Shown piece after piece: positions 44,505-58,782 of a stretch of 64,000 nucleotides of DNA. Origin of the DNA: Anaeromyxobacteraceae bacterium. Lineage in GTDB: Bacteria > Myxococcota > Myxococcia > Myxococcales > Anaeromyxobacteraceae. A program made the position numbers and the translations under genes. The notes below the pieces were generated by a model. That model ran no database searches. It had not been told where the DNA came from and saw only the letters and a program-made list of their open reading frames with translations. The stretch covers positions 1,952,001 to 2,016,000 of the forward strand of contig JASGHJ010000002.1 in assembly GCA_047602405.1 (NCBI GenBank), read 5' to 3'. Position 1 is the stretch's first letter; every line of letters begins with the position of its first letter.

Positions 44505-44915
44505 TCACCGCTTCCCCGAGGGCGCCCGGGGCCCGGCCGCGTCGCCCCCGGGCTGCCCGGCGGGCGCCGGAAGCTCGCGGGCGGCCCGCTCCCGGGCGTC
44601 CCGGGTGGCCGCGGCCGCGTCGTCGAGCCCCTTCGAGACCTCCGCCGGAGGGGGCGCGGGGACCACGTCGGCGCCCGCGGGGCCCCGGCCCACACCAGCG
44701 GTCAAGGCGAGCACCACGGCGGCGCCGGCGGCGGCGGCCGAGGAGAGCACGAGCGCCACCCAGGCCGCCCAGCGGAGCCTGGGGCCGCGCACGGCCCGCA
44801 CCGAGAGCACCGCGGCGACGAGCCCCACCACGAGGCCGAAGGGCGCGGCGAGCGGGTTCCAGGCCGAGAAGGCGGCCGCGACGGCGAGGACGAGGGCGAC
44901 GACCGCCGGGCGCAC
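44505..44915 (-). CDS. Hypothetical membrane protein
   Basis: 2-3 hydrophobic segments; fills the pheT-ihfA gap. Confidence 0.65.
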   Translation of the reverse strand: MRPAVVALVLAVAAAFSAWNPLAAPFGLVVGLVAAVLSVRAVRGPRLRWAAWVALVLSSAAAAGAAVVLALTAGVGRGPAGADVVPAPPPAEVSKGLDDAAAATRDARERAARELPAPAGQPGGDAAGPRAPSGKR

Positions 44916-44919
44916 CGCC

Positions 44920-47313
44920 CTACCCTCTGAGCTCCGCCCCGAAGGCCGCGGCGACGCGCTTCACGATGCGGGCGTGGGCCGCGTCGGCGTCCCCGTCGGT
45001 CAGCGTGCGGTCCGCGGCGCGGTACCGGATCGCGAGGGCGAGGTTCTTCTTGCCCTCCGGGATTGGCGGCCCGCGGTAGACGTCGAAGAGCGTGGCGCCC
45101 TCGACGAGCGGCTCCTCGCGGACGGCGGCGAGGAGCGACTCGGCGGTGACCGCCTCGGCCACCACCACCGCGAGGTCGCGCAGCACCGCCGGGAACTTCG
45201 GGATCGGCCGGTACCGCGGCACGAGCGCGGCGACGCGGACGAGGCTCGCGAGGTCGAGCTCGAACGCGAGCACGCCCCGCGGCAGGTCGAACGCCTCGGC
45301 GACCCGCGGGTGCAGCTCGCCGACGAGGCCGAGCGGCGTCCCGCGCGCGGCGACCACCGCCGAGTTGCGCGGGTGGAGCCAGGCGTGACCGGGGGCCGTG
45401 AAGGTCGCGTCCGTGACGCCGAGCGCCTCGAGCACGCCCTCGACCGCGAGCTTCGCGTCGTAGAAGTCGACGGCGTCGTTTCCGGCGCTCCAGCCCGCCG
45501 GCGTGCGGCGGCCGGCGAGGAGCCCGGCGACGTGCTGCTCCTCGGAGGCGGGCGTGTCGGCGCCGGGGACCGCCGGGAGGTAGGCGCGGGCGATCTCGTA
45601 GAGCCGCACGTCGTCGACGCGGCGGCTCCGGTTGAGCGCCGCGTTCCGGCAGAGCGAGGGGACGAGCCCGATCCGCATGACCGAGAGGTCGGCGGAGATC
45701 GGGTTCACGAGCTTCACCCCGGCGGGCCCGCCGAACGGCGCGAGCTCCTTCTCGGCGACGAAGCTGAAGTTCACGGCCTCCGAGAGCCCCTGCGCCTCGA
45801 GCGCCGCGCGGATGCGGGCGATCGCCTGCGCCTCGGCCGGCTCGGCGGGCGTCGTGCTCGCGATCGCGGGCAAGGCCTCCGGGATGGCGTCGTAGCCCTT
45901 CGTGCGGACGAGCTCCTCGACGAGGTCCGCCTCGATGGAGACGTCGGCGCGCCAGGACGGGACGCGGAAGGTGGCGCCCTCCCCGTCCTCGTTCACGGCC
46001 TCGAAGCCGAGGCCGGCGAGGATGCGGCGAGCCTCCTCGCGCGGGAGCTCCATCCCGAGCATGGCGGCCGGGCGCGCCCAGCCGAGGCGCACCTCTGGCG
46101 CGGGCACCGGCCGCGGGTGCGCGTCGACCATGCCCGGGCGGACCGTGCCGCCGGAGAGCTCGGCGATGAGCGCCGCGCAGCGATCCGCGGCGCGCACGAC
46201 CATGCCGGGGTCGGCGCCGCGCTCGAAGCGGTAGGAGGCCTCGCTCTTCAGGCCGTGGCGGCGGCTCGTGCGGCGGATGCCGCCCGGCGCGAACCAGGCG
46301 GACTCGAGGAGCACCCGGGTGGTGCCCTCCGAGATCTCCGAGTCGGCGCCGCCCATGACCCCGGCGAGCGCGCTCGCGCGATCGCGGTCGGCGATGAGGA
46401 GGTCCTCGGCGTCGAGGGCCCGCTCCTTGCCGTCGAGGGTGGTGAGCTTCTCGCCGGCCCTCGGGAGCCGCACCACGATCTCCCGCCCGGCCACCTTGTC
46501 GAGGTCGAAGGCGTGGAGCGGGTGGCCGAGCTCGAGGAGGACGTAGTTGGTCGCGTCGACGACGTTCGAGATCGAGCGGATGCCGCAGGCCTCGAGCCGG
46601 CGGGCGAGCCAGCGCGGCGAGGGGCCGATCTTCACGCCCTCGACGACCCGCGCGACGTACCGCGCGCAGCGCTCCGGGGCCTCGATGCGGACCTTCACCG
46701 CCTCGGCGGCCGGGGCGCCGGCCTCCGGGGCCTTCGCAGCCGGGAACTTCACCTGCGTACCGAGCGCGGCCGCGACCTCGCGGGCGATGCCCACGTGGCT
46801 GAGCGCGTCCGGGCGGTTCGGGGTGACGTTCACCTCGAGGAGCACGTCCTCGAGCCCGAGCGCCTTCGCGATCGGCGTGCCGGGGACGACGTCCTTCTCG
46901 AGGATCAGGAGCCCCGCGGCGTCCTGCGACAACCCCAGCTCCCGGGCCGAGCAGAGCATGCCGAAGCTCTGCACGCCGCGGAGCTTCGCCTTCTCGATCT
47001 TCGTGCCGCCGGGCAGCACGGTGCCGATCGTCGCGAGCGGGACCACGTCGCCGACGGCGTAGTTCTTCGCGCCGCAGACGATCTGGAGCGGTTCACCCTG
47101 CCCCGCGTCCACCTTCGTGACCGAGAGCTTCTCGGCGTCGGGGTGCTTCTCGGAGGCGAGGATGCGCGCCGCGACGACGCCGGCGAGGTTCCCGCCGGTC
47201 CGCTCGATCGCCTCGACCTCGAGGCCGACCGCGGTCAGCTTCTTCGCGAGCTCCTCGGGGGTCAGGGAGCCCAGCTCGACGTACTCGGAGAGCCACTGGA
47301 GCGAGATGCGCAT
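44920..47313 (-). CDS. pheT: Phenylalanine-tRNA ligase beta subunit
   Basis: HPDAEKL, IVCGA, TPNRPD, HAFDLD, RFERG, FDVYRG. Confidence 0.97.
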   Translation of the reverse strand: MRISLQWLSEYVELGSLTPEELAKKLTAVGLEVEAIERTGGNLAGVVAARILASEKHPDAEKLSVTKVDAGQGEPLQIVCGAKNYAVGDVVPLATIGTVLPGGTKIEKAKLRGVQSFGMLCSARELGLSQDAAGLLILEKDVVPGTPIAKALGLEDVLLEVNVTPNRPDALSHVGIAREVAAALGTQVKFPAAKAPEAGAPAAEAVKVRIEAPERCARYVARVVEGVKIGPSPRWLARRLEACGIRSISNVVDATNYVLLELGHPLHAFDLDKVAGREIVVRLPRAGEKLTTLDGKERALDAEDLLIADRDRASALAGVMGGADSEISEGTTRVLLESAWFAPGGIRRTSRRHGLKSEASYRFERGADPGMVVRAADRCAALIAELSGGTVRPGMVDAHPRPVPAPEVRLGWARPAAMLGMELPREEARRILAGLGFEAVNEDGEGATFRVPSWRADVSIEADLVEELVRTKGYDAIPEALPAIASTTPAEPAEAQAIARIRAALEAQGLSEAVNFSFVAEKELAPFGGPAGVKLVNPISADLSVMRIGLVPSLCRNAALNRSRRVDDVRLYEIARAYLPAVPGADTPASEEQHVAGLLAGRRTPAGWSAGNDAVDFYDAKLAVEGVLEALGVTDATFTAPGHAWLHPRNSAVVAARGTPLGLVGELHPRVAEAFDLPRGVLAFELDLASLVRVAALVPRYRPIPKFPAVLRDLAVVVAEAVTAESLLAAVREEPLVEGATLFDVYRGPPIPEGKKNLALAIRYRAADRTLTDGDADAAHARIVKRVAAAFGAELRG

Positions 47314-47353
47314 GGCGGCGTACCCGGGACTGCCGGGTCTTGGGGCTGCAGGA

Positions 47354-48497
<1,144 letters not shown>

Positions 48498-48501
48498 GGC
48501 C

Positions 48502-48846
48502 TTACGCCTGCGCGGCCTTGACGACGGCCGCGAAGTCGCCGGGCAGCGAGAGCGCGAGCTCGGCGAGGATCTTCCGGTCGACGATCGCGCCGGCCTTCGC
48601 GAGGGCGGCGATCAGCTTCGAGTACGTCGTGCCGTTCTTGCGGGCGGCCGCGTTGATGCGGACGATCCAGAGCGCGCGGAAGTCGCGGCGCTTCTGGCGG
48701 CGGTCGCGGGTCGCGTAGTCCTGCGCGCGCTCCACGGCCTGGTTCGCGCGGCGGTAGCAGTTCTTGCGGCGGCCGCGGAAGCCCTTCGCGAGCTTCAGGA
48801 CGCGGTTGCGGCGGCGACGAGCCTTGACACCCTTCTTGACGCGCAT
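48502..48846 (-). CDS. rplT: 50S ribosomal protein L20
   Basis: [31 protein letters not shown]. Confidence 0.97.
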   Translation of the reverse strand: MRVKKGVKARRRRNRVLKLAKGFRGRRKNCYRRANQAVERAQDYATRDRRQKRRDFRALWIVRINAAARKNGTTYSKLIAALAKAGAIVDRKILAELALSLPGDFAAVVKAAQA

Positions 48847-48945
48847 CGTGCTTCTCCTGCCGGCGGGAGGCGCACCTTCATGGCGCGCGCTTCTGGACCC
48901 CGCTTGGGCGCTGTGTGGCTGGTGATGACCTTCCCGGCGGCGGGA

Positions 48946-49149
48946 CTACCGCGCGTACGGGAAGTTCTCCTTGATCTTCTTCGCGTCCGACGGGTCGAGG
49001 TGGCTCGTGCCGCGGAGGCCGACCTTCTGCTTCTTGGTCTTGCCGAACGTCGCGAGGTGGCGGACGCCGGCGTGGCGGAACTTCACCGCGCCGCTCTTCT
49101 TCACCTGGAACCGCTTCTTCGCGGCGCTCTTCGTCTTCAGCTTGGGCAT
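48946..49149 (-). CDS. rpmI: 50S ribosomal protein L35
   Basis: MPKLKTKSAAKKRF; lies between infC and rplT. Confidence 0.95.
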   Translation of the reverse strand: MPKLKTKSAAKKRFQVKKSGAVKFRHAGVRHLATFGKTKKQKVGLRGTSHLDPSDAKKIKENFPYAR

Positions 49150-49221
49150 GTCTCGGTGCTTTCTGAGCTGTCGTTGAACCGACCCCCCGGCCTCGAAAGA
49201 GACCCGGCGGGGGCCGGGGTT

Positions 49222-49947
49222 CTACCTCGGACCGGGGGCCGGCGTCGAGGGGCTGGCCGCCGGGGCGGGCGCCGGAGCTTCCGGAGCTTCCGGCGCTGCC
49301 GCCGGAGCGGCCGGGGTCGGCTGGGACTCCCCGGCGGGCGCGCCGGCGGCCTTCTCGGCCTTCTCCGCCTGGGCCCGGGCGCGGTCGCGCATGGCCTGCA
49401 GCATCCTCGGGTTCGGCGCGAGGATCATGAACATCTGGCGGCCTTCGACGCGGGGCGCGGACTCGATGACCGCCACCTCGCGCAGGTCCTCGATCACCCG
49501 CTGCAGCACCTTCTGGCCGAGCTCGCGGTGCGACATCTCGCGGCCGCGGAACATGACGGTGATGCGGGCCTTGTTGGCCTCCTCGAGGAACTCACGGACC
49601 TTCTTGATCTTGGTCGTGTAGTCGTGCTCCTCGGTGCGGGGGCGCAGCTTCACTTCCTTCAGCTGCACCACCACCTGCTTCTTCTTCGCCTCGTTCTGCT
49701 TCTTCTTCTCGAGGTACTTGAACTTCCCGTAGTCCATGATCTTGCAGACCGGGGGCTTGGTCATCGGGCTGACCTCGACGAGGTCCATCCCGAGCTCCTG
49801 CGCCCGCGCCAGGGCCTGCTCGACCGGCAGCACTCCGAGCTGCTCACCCTCGGGACCGATGACACGCACCTCGCGCGCCTTGATGCGGCGGTTGGTGCGG
49901 GCGTCCCGGTTGCTTCCGCCTCGAGGGTCTCTCTGCTGGATCGCCAT
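49222..49947 (-). CDS. infC: Translation initiation factor IF-3 with Ala/Pro-rich C-terminal extension (start ATG 49947 or ATC 49941)
   Basis: NRRIKAREVRVI, DLVEV, PPVCKIMDYGKF, KEVKLRP, FRGRE. Confidence 0.95.
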   Translation of the reverse strand: MAIQQRDPRGGSNRDARTNRRIKAREVRVIGPEGEQLGVLPVEQALARAQELGMDLVEVSPMTKPPVCKIMDYGKFKYLEKKKQNEAKKKQVVVQLKEVKLRPRTEEHDYTTKIKKVREFLEEANKARITVMFRGREMSHRELGQKVLQRVIEDLREVAVIESAPRVEGRQMFMILAPNPRMLQAMRDRARAQAEKAEKAAGAPAGESQPTPAAPAAAPEAPEAPAPAPAASPSTPAPGPR

Positions 49948-50100
49948 GAGCCTCCGCTCACGTGCTGGGTCGCGCTGCGCTGTCACTGCTACGGCTGCGT
50001 CTCTGCAGAAACCCTGTCAGCGCGACGGGGAAGTAGACGGAGCCCCGGTCCGCGAGGTGAAGTCCTCGTGGCGCCGGGGCCGTCCCGAAAAAGTCGCGGA

Positions 50101-51697
<1,597 letters not shown>

Positions 51698-51711
51698 GGT
51701 GTCGATCTCCC

Positions 51712-53415
51712 CTACCCGTCGATCATGTCGTTGAGCGGCGCGCCGGCCGGGACCATCGGGAACACCTTCTGGTCCCGCGGGATCCGCACGTCGACGATGG
51801 TGGGCCCATCCTTGTTGGCGAGGGCGCGGTCGATGACCTGATCGAGCTCCGCCACCGTCCTCGCGCGCAGGCCCAGGCAGCCGTACGCGTCCGCGAGCTT
51901 CACGAGGTCCGGCCGATCGGAGAGCGGGGTCTCGGCGAAGCGCTCCTCGTAGAACAGCTCCTGCCACTGGCGGACCATGCCCAGGAACAGGTTGTTGAGG
52001 ACGAAGATCTTGAAGGGGAGCTTCAGGTCCACCGCGGTGGCGAGGTCCTGGAGCGTCATCTGGAACGACCCGTCGCCGTCGAAGCCGATGACGGTCGCGT
52101 CGGGCCGGCCGAGCTGGATGCCGATCGCCGACGGCAGGCAGAAGCCCATCGTGCCGAGGCCGCCGGAGGTGATGAACTGTCGGGGCTCGCTCGTCTTCCA
52201 CCACTGCGCGGCGAACATCTGGTGCTCGCCGACGCCCGTCGTGACGACCGCCTTCCCGCCGGTCTTCTGCCAGATCCGGTCGACGACGTACTGGGCCTGC
52301 AGCGCGCCCTCGGGCTCCTGGTGGTACTTGAGCGGGAACTTCTCCCGCCAGTCGTCCACCTTGCGCCACCAGGCCGCGAGGTCGGGCTTGCCGCTCGCGG
52401 CGAAGGCCCGGCGGACCTCCTCGGTGAGCTGCGGGAGGAGCCGCTTGAGATCGCCCACGAGCGGAACGGTGGCGGTCACGAGCTTCGAGATCTCGGCCGG
52501 GTCGACGTCGAGGTGGACCACCTTCGCCTCGGGGGCGAAGGTGGAGAGCTTCCCGGTGACCCGGTCGTCGAAGCGGGCGCCGAGCGCGATGATGAGGTCG
52601 GACGCCTGGATGGCGTAGTTCGCGTACTTCGCGCCGTGCATGCCGAACATGCCGAGGCATTGGCGGTTCGTCTCGGGGAAGGAGCCCTTCCCGTGCACGG
52701 TGGTGATGACCGGCGCGCCGACGAGCTCGCAGAACTGCATGACCTCGGCGTGGGCCGAGGCGGTCCGCACGCCGCCGCCCAGGTAGATGACCGGGCGGGT
52801 GGCGGAGCGGACGAGCGCGGCGGCGTCCTTCAGGCGCGGCTCGCCGGAGGACGGCGGGTGGTAGCCCGGGATGTCGACCGTCTCCGGGTACTCGAACTCG
52901 ATCTCGGTGTTGAGGACGTCCTTCGGGATGTCCACGAGCACCGGGCCCGGGCGGCCCGTGCGGGCAATGTAGAAGGCCTCCTTCATCACCCGCGGGACGT
53001 CGTGCGCGTCGGTCACGAGCCAGTTGTGCTTCGTGATCGGCACGGTGATGCCGGTGATGTCGGCCTCCTGGAACGCGTCGGTGCCGATGAGGCTCGAGGA
53101 CACGTTCGCGGTGATCGCGACGAGCGGCACCGAGTCCATGTAGGCGTCGGCGATGGGCGTGACGAGGTTCGTCGCGCCGGGGCCGGAGGTGCCGAGGCAG
53201 ACGCCCACCTTGCCGGTCGCGTGCGCGTAGCCCTCCGCGGCGTGGCCGCCGACCTGCTCGTGGCGCACCAGCACGTGCCGCGGGCTCTCGATGCCGTACA
53301 TCGCGTCGTAGAGCGGCAGGATCGTCCCGCCCGGCACGCCGAAGATCACCTCCACGCCCTCGGCCTGCAGGGCGCGGAGGACCGCCTCGGCCGCCTTCAT
53401 CTTCTTCTTCGCCAT
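51712..53415 (-). CDS. ilvB: Acetolactate synthase large subunit
   Basis: VRHEQ, TSGPGATN, DAFQE, RFDDRVTG, SGGLGTMG, GDGSFQM, LGMVRQWQ. Confidence 0.96.
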   Translation of the reverse strand: MAKKKMKAAEAVLRALQAEGVEVIFGVPGGTILPLYDAMYGIESPRHVLVRHEQVGGHAAEGYAHATGKVGVCLGTSGPGATNLVTPIADAYMDSVPLVAITANVSSSLIGTDAFQEADITGITVPITKHNWLVTDAHDVPRVMKEAFYIARTGRPGPVLVDIPKDVLNTEIEFEYPETVDIPGYHPPSSGEPRLKDAAALVRSATRPVIYLGGGVRTASAHAEVMQFCELVGAPVITTVHGKGSFPETNRQCLGMFGMHGAKYANYAIQASDLIIALGARFDDRVTGKLSTFAPEAKVVHLDVDPAEISKLVTATVPLVGDLKRLLPQLTEEVRRAFAASGKPDLAAWWRKVDDWREKFPLKYHQEPEGALQAQYVVDRIWQKTGGKAVVTTGVGEHQMFAAQWWKTSEPRQFITSGGLGTMGFCLPSAIGIQLGRPDATVIGFDGDGSFQMTLQDLATAVDLKLPFKIFVLNNLFLGMVRQWQELFYEERFAETPLSDRPDLVKLADAYGCLGLRARTVAELDQVIDRALANKDGPTIVDVRIPRDQKVFPMVPAGAPLNDMIDG

Positions 53416-53420
53416 GGTGT

Positions 53421-53996
53421 CTAGACCGTCCTCTTCTCGTGAGCCGTGATCGCCGCGTCCTGCCCGAGGAGGTAGCCGAGCTCGTCGACCCCGTTCAGCA
53501 GGCAGTACTTCGCGAAGCCGTCGATGGGGAACGTGGCGGAGCTGCCGTCCGGCAGCGTGATGCTCTGGGCCGCCACGTCGATGCGTACCTTCGCGCCCGG
53601 GGCGGCGAGGAGCTTCGCGTGGGCGGCGGGGTCGAGCACGATCGGCACGAGGCCGTTCTTCAGGCTGTTGTTGCGGAAGATGTCGGCGATGCGGGTCGAC
53701 ACCACCGCCTGGAAACCCGCGTCCACGAGCGCCCAGGGGGCGTGCTCGCGGGACGAGCCGCAGCCGAAGTTGTCGCCGGCCACCAGCACCCGGCACCCCT
53801 CGGCGGCCCTCGTGTTGAGCACGAACTCGGGCCGCGGCGCGCCGGACGCGTCGTAGCGCCAGTCGCTGAAGAGGACCTTGCCGAGCCCCTTCTTGTCGGT
53901 GGTCTTGAGGAAGCGCGCCGGGATGATCTGGTCGGTGTCCACGTTCTCGCGCGGGAGCACGACCGTCGTCGATTCGATGATCTTGAGCGGCTCCAT
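53421..53996 (-). CDS. leuD: 3-isopropylmalate dehydratase small subunit
   Basis: [28 protein letters not shown]. Confidence 0.97.
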   Translation of the reverse strand: MEPLKIIESTTVVLPRENVDTDQIIPARFLKTTDKKGLGKVLFSDWRYDASGAPRPEFVLNTRAAEGCRVLVAGDNFGCGSSREHAPWALVDAGFQAVVSTRIADIFRNNSLKNGLVPIVLDPAAHAKLLAAPGAKVRIDVAAQSITLPDGSSATFPIDGFAKYCLLNGVDELGYLLGQDAAITAHEKRTV

Positions 53997-55424
53997 CTAG
54001 CGGTTCTCCAGGATGCGACGGGGATCCGCGACGGCGCCCTCGACGGCGGCCGCCGCGGCGGTCAGCGGGCTCGCGAGCAGCGTCCGCCCGCCCGGCCCCT
54101 GCCGCCCCTCGAAGTTGCGGTTGGACGTCGAGACGCAGGTCTGCCCGGGCCTGAGGTCGTCGCCGTTCATGGCGATGCACATCGAGCAGCCCGGCTCGCG
54201 CCACTCGGCGCCCGCGGCCCTCACGATCTCGTGCAGCCCCTCGGCCTCGGCGGCCCGCTGCACCGCGCGGGAGCCGGGGACGACCAGCGTGCGGATCTTC
54301 ACCTTGCGCCCCTTCAGCACCGCCGCGGCGGCGCGGAGGTCCTCGAGCCGGCCGTTCGTGCAGGAGCCCACGAACACGGCGTCGACCTTGCGGCCCAGGA
54401 TGGCCTGGTTCGGCTCGAGCCCCATGTAGCGGAGCGCGGCCTCGAGCGTCGCGCGGGAGGCCGCGTCGCGCTCGGCGGCGGGATCGGGCACGCGGCCGGA
54501 GATGCCGATGCCCTGCGCCGGGTTCGTGCCGAAGGTGATCATCGGCTCGATGGCCGAGCCGTCGAGCGTGACGGTCCGGTCGAAGGCCGCGCCGGCGTCG
54601 GTGGGGAGCGCGCGCCAGCGGGCCACGGCCGCGTCCCACGCGGCGCCCTTCGGCGTCCGGGGCCGCCCCTCGAGCCACCGGAAGGTCACGTCGTCCGGCG
54701 CGACCATGCCGGCGCGGGCGCCGCCCTCGATCGACATGTTGCAGAGGGTCATCCGCGCCTCCATCGAGAGCGCGCGGATGGCGGCGCCGGTGTACTCGAT
54801 GACGTGGCCGGTGCCGCCCCCGACGCCGATCTTCGCGATGATCGCGAGGATCACGTCCTTCGCCGACACGCCCGGGGCGAGCGCCCCGTCCACCCGGATC
54901 TCGAGGGTGCGGGGGCGGCGCTGCAGCAGGCTCTGCGTCGCGAGCACGTGCCCGACCTCGGAGGTGCCGATGCCGAACGCGAGCGCGCCGAACGCGCCGT
55001 GCGTCGCGGTGTGGCTGTCGCCGCAGACCACCGTCATGCCGGGCTGGGTGGCCCCCTGCTCCGGCGCGAACACGTGCACGACGCCCTGGGCCGCGTCGCC
55101 GAGGCCGTGCAGCTCGACGCCGAAGTCCTTCGCGTTCCGCTCGAGCATGCGGACCTGCGCCTCCGCCTGCGCGTCGATGAACGGCCACTTCCCGTCCGGC
55201 CCGGGCGGCAGCGTCGGGATCGAGTGGTCCATCGTGGCGAGCGTGCGCTCGGGGCGGCGGACCTTCAGGCCCCGCTCGCGGAGCAGCGTGAACGCCTGCG
55301 GGCTCGTCACCTCGTGCACGAGGTGGAGGTCGACGTAGAGCACCGCCGGGGTCTCCGGGGTCTCCGGGACGACGACGTGGGCGTCCCACACCTTCTCGAA
55401 CAGCGTGCGCGGCTTCGTGGTCAT
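53997..55424 (-). CDS. leuC: 3-isopropylmalate dehydratase large subunit
   Basis: [39 protein letters not shown]. Confidence 0.97.
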   Translation of the reverse strand: MTTKPRTLFEKVWDAHVVVPETPETPAVLYVDLHLVHEVTSPQAFTLLRERGLKVRRPERTLATMDHSIPTLPPGPDGKWPFIDAQAEAQVRMLERNAKDFGVELHGLGDAAQGVVHVFAPEQGATQPGMTVVCGDSHTATHGAFGALAFGIGTSEVGHVLATQSLLQRRPRTLEIRVDGALAPGVSAKDVILAIIAKIGVGGGTGHVIEYTGAAIRALSMEARMTLCNMSIEGGARAGMVAPDDVTFRWLEGRPRTPKGAAWDAAVARWRALPTDAGAAFDRTVTLDGSAIEPMITFGTNPAQGIGISGRVPDPAAERDAASRATLEAALRYMGLEPNQAILGRKVDAVFVGSCTNGRLEDLRAAAAVLKGRKVKIRTLVVPGSRAVQRAAEAEGLHEIVRAAGAEWREPGCSMCIAMNGDDLRPGQTCVSTSNRNFEGRQGPGGRTLLASPLTAAAAAVEGAVADPRRILENR

Positions 55425-57020
<1,596 letters not shown>

Positions 57021-57119
57021 GGCGTTACCTCGGCTCCGTTCTGCGGGGGCCGGAGGAGCGTGCTCGCCTTGTCGAGGGCGCCTCTCCGGCCGGGTTCGGC
57101 GGGAGAGGGCGCGGCGCGG

Positions 57120-57185
57120 TCAGACCGGCCGGGGAGCCTCTCCCGCCGGGGTAAGAAGTCGAATGTCGCGCGTTACGAAAGACAC
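57120..57185 (-). CDS. Putative leu/ilv attenuator leader peptide (MSFVTRDIRLLTPAGEAPRPV)
   Basis: GTG 8 nt after the -10 box; rare Val GTA, Ile ATT, Leu CTT CTT codons; overlaps alternative stems upstream of leuA. Confidence 0.65.
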   Translation of the reverse strand: MSFVTRDIRLLTPAGEAPRPV

Positions 57186-57193
57186 GGAGGGGC

Positions 57194-57222
57194 AGCCTAT
57201 CGGCTGGCTCCGCGTCCGTCAA
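57194..57222 (-). promoter_or_regulatory. sigma70 promoter of the leuACD-ilvBNC operon
   Basis: TTGACG-N17-TAGGCT. Confidence 0.7.
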
Positions 57223-57315
57223 GGCGGAGGCCCTGCTCGGCCGGCCGCCGGGGCGGATCCGTGACCCTCGGTGCGCCGCGCTCCCCCGGAGGAGGAGCGC
57301 CCACCGCCGCCGCCG

Positions 57316-58650
57316 TCAGCGGCCACCGTCCGGGCGCCGGAACGCCTCGTTCACGAGCAGCCGCCGGAGCTCCTCCCGCAGCACGGGCGGCACCGCCTCG
57401 TCCTCCTGCCACCGGGCCACGTAGTCGGCGACGATCGGCGAGGTGCGGGTGAACGACGAGAGCGACCACCCCGCGGTGACGTAGAGGACGGCGCGCGCGA
57501 GCTCCGGAGTCAGCGGCTTGTCCTGATCGGGCGTCTCCCGGGCCTTCACGAGGACGCCGTAGTCGTCCCGGAAGCGCAGGAGATCCACGATCGCACGGAC
57601 TGGCTCCGGGCGCCCCGTGGCCATGAGCTCCGCCCACAGGAGGTCCATCCGCTGGGTCGTCGCGTTCAGGCTCGCCGGTGCCGGGTCGAGCGCGTAGCCA
57701 ACCGGGCGCGCCGGGAAGGCCTCGATCCGCGTGCGCCACTCCGGCGAGAGGGAGCCCGCGAGCGCGGAGCCGTCCCGGTGCGCCCAGCGGAGCGCGATCG
57801 CGCCCAGCGCGCGGGACGGCTCCTCCTCGCCCTTCAGCGCGGCGACGATCGACGCCACGACCCCGGGCGGCGCGGCCTCGATCGCGTGGGATGGGACCCC
57901 GACCACCGTGAAGGGATCCTTCGCCATCCGCGCCGCGAGCCGGAGCGCCGCCCCGAGGTGCTGCGGCTCCGGCGCCGCCGCATAGCCGCCCATCCACGCC
58001 TGCAGCGAGGCACCGTCCTGGAATGGTGGCGTCGCGGCGGCGACGGCCCAGGGCTCCACCACGAGCCGGGCGGGGGCGAGCGCGACCCGCCGGCCATCCG
58101 GGAGCGTCGCCTCGCCCTCGACCGTCACCTCCGTGCGGCCGGTCACCTCCGGCGCGATCCAGCGCGGCACGACCGCGGCGACGCTCACGGGCGTGACCGC
58201 ATCGTCGATCCTCCGGCGCTCGGCCTCGGGAACGCCCGCGGCGCCGAGCAGGTGAACCAGCTGGTGCGCGCCTTCCGACCTGACCTTTCTCACGGCCTCG
58301 GGACGCAGCGGGCCGACCTTCGTCTCGCCGCCGGCTCCGGCGATGCGGTACGTGAGCCTGCAGCCCTGCAGGAGCGCGTCGCGTCCCTCCCCCTCCGCGA
58401 CGAGGGCGATCGCGATCCCCTGCCCGGGGACCACGGCCTTGCGGGAGACGGGCGCGCTGATGCGCTCGCCCGCTGCCGGCCAGGCCACGCGCACCGGCTC
58501 CGGGGCGAGGAGCAGGACCTGCGGGACGAGGTGCGCAGGCGTCGCGCTGGGCGGCGCCGCGGCTGCGTCCGTCCGCAGGACGGCGGCGAGGAGCACGAGG
58601 GTCGTGAACAGCCGGAGCGCCCCTCCCGCCGGAGTCGATGGGGTGCGCAT
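57316..58650 (-). CDS. Hypothetical exported protein
   Basis: Signal-like N-terminus; long ORF with host-like codon use; no family recognised. Confidence 0.6.
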   Translation of the reverse strand: MRTPSTPAGGALRLFTTLVLLAAVLRTDAAAAPPSATPAHLVPQVLLLAPEPVRVAWPAAGERISAPVSRKAVVPGQGIAIALVAEGEGRDALLQGCRLTYRIAGAGGETKVGPLRPEAVRKVRSEGAHQLVHLLGAAGVPEAERRRIDDAVTPVSVAAVVPRWIAPEVTGRTEVTVEGEATLPDGRRVALAPARLVVEPWAVAAATPPFQDGASLQAWMGGYAAAPEPQHLGAALRLAARMAKDPFTVVGVPSHAIEAAPPGVVASIVAALKGEEEPSRALGAIALRWAHRDGSALAGSLSPEWRTRIEAFPARPVGYALDPAPASLNATTQRMDLLWAELMATGRPEPVRAIVDLLRFRDDYGVLVKARETPDQDKPLTPELARAVLYVTAGWSLSSFTRTSPIVADYVARWQEDEAVPPVLREELRRLLVNEAFRRPDGGR

Positions 58651-58782
58651 GATCCCTCCCGCGCGACGTGCCGACGCGGCGCTCGCCGAGGACCTCGACG
58701 GAAGCACGCCCGCGGGGCCGTGTCCACGACCGCAGCTTCACGGCCGTCAGCGGGAGCGGGTGCGACAGCCTGCCGCCGCGGA

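Noticed and set aside
51712..55389. 1225-aa ORF suggesting a leuC/leuD-ilvB fusion
   Set aside because: The upstream part is an off-frame read of leuC/leuD; ilvB starts at 53415 with its own SD
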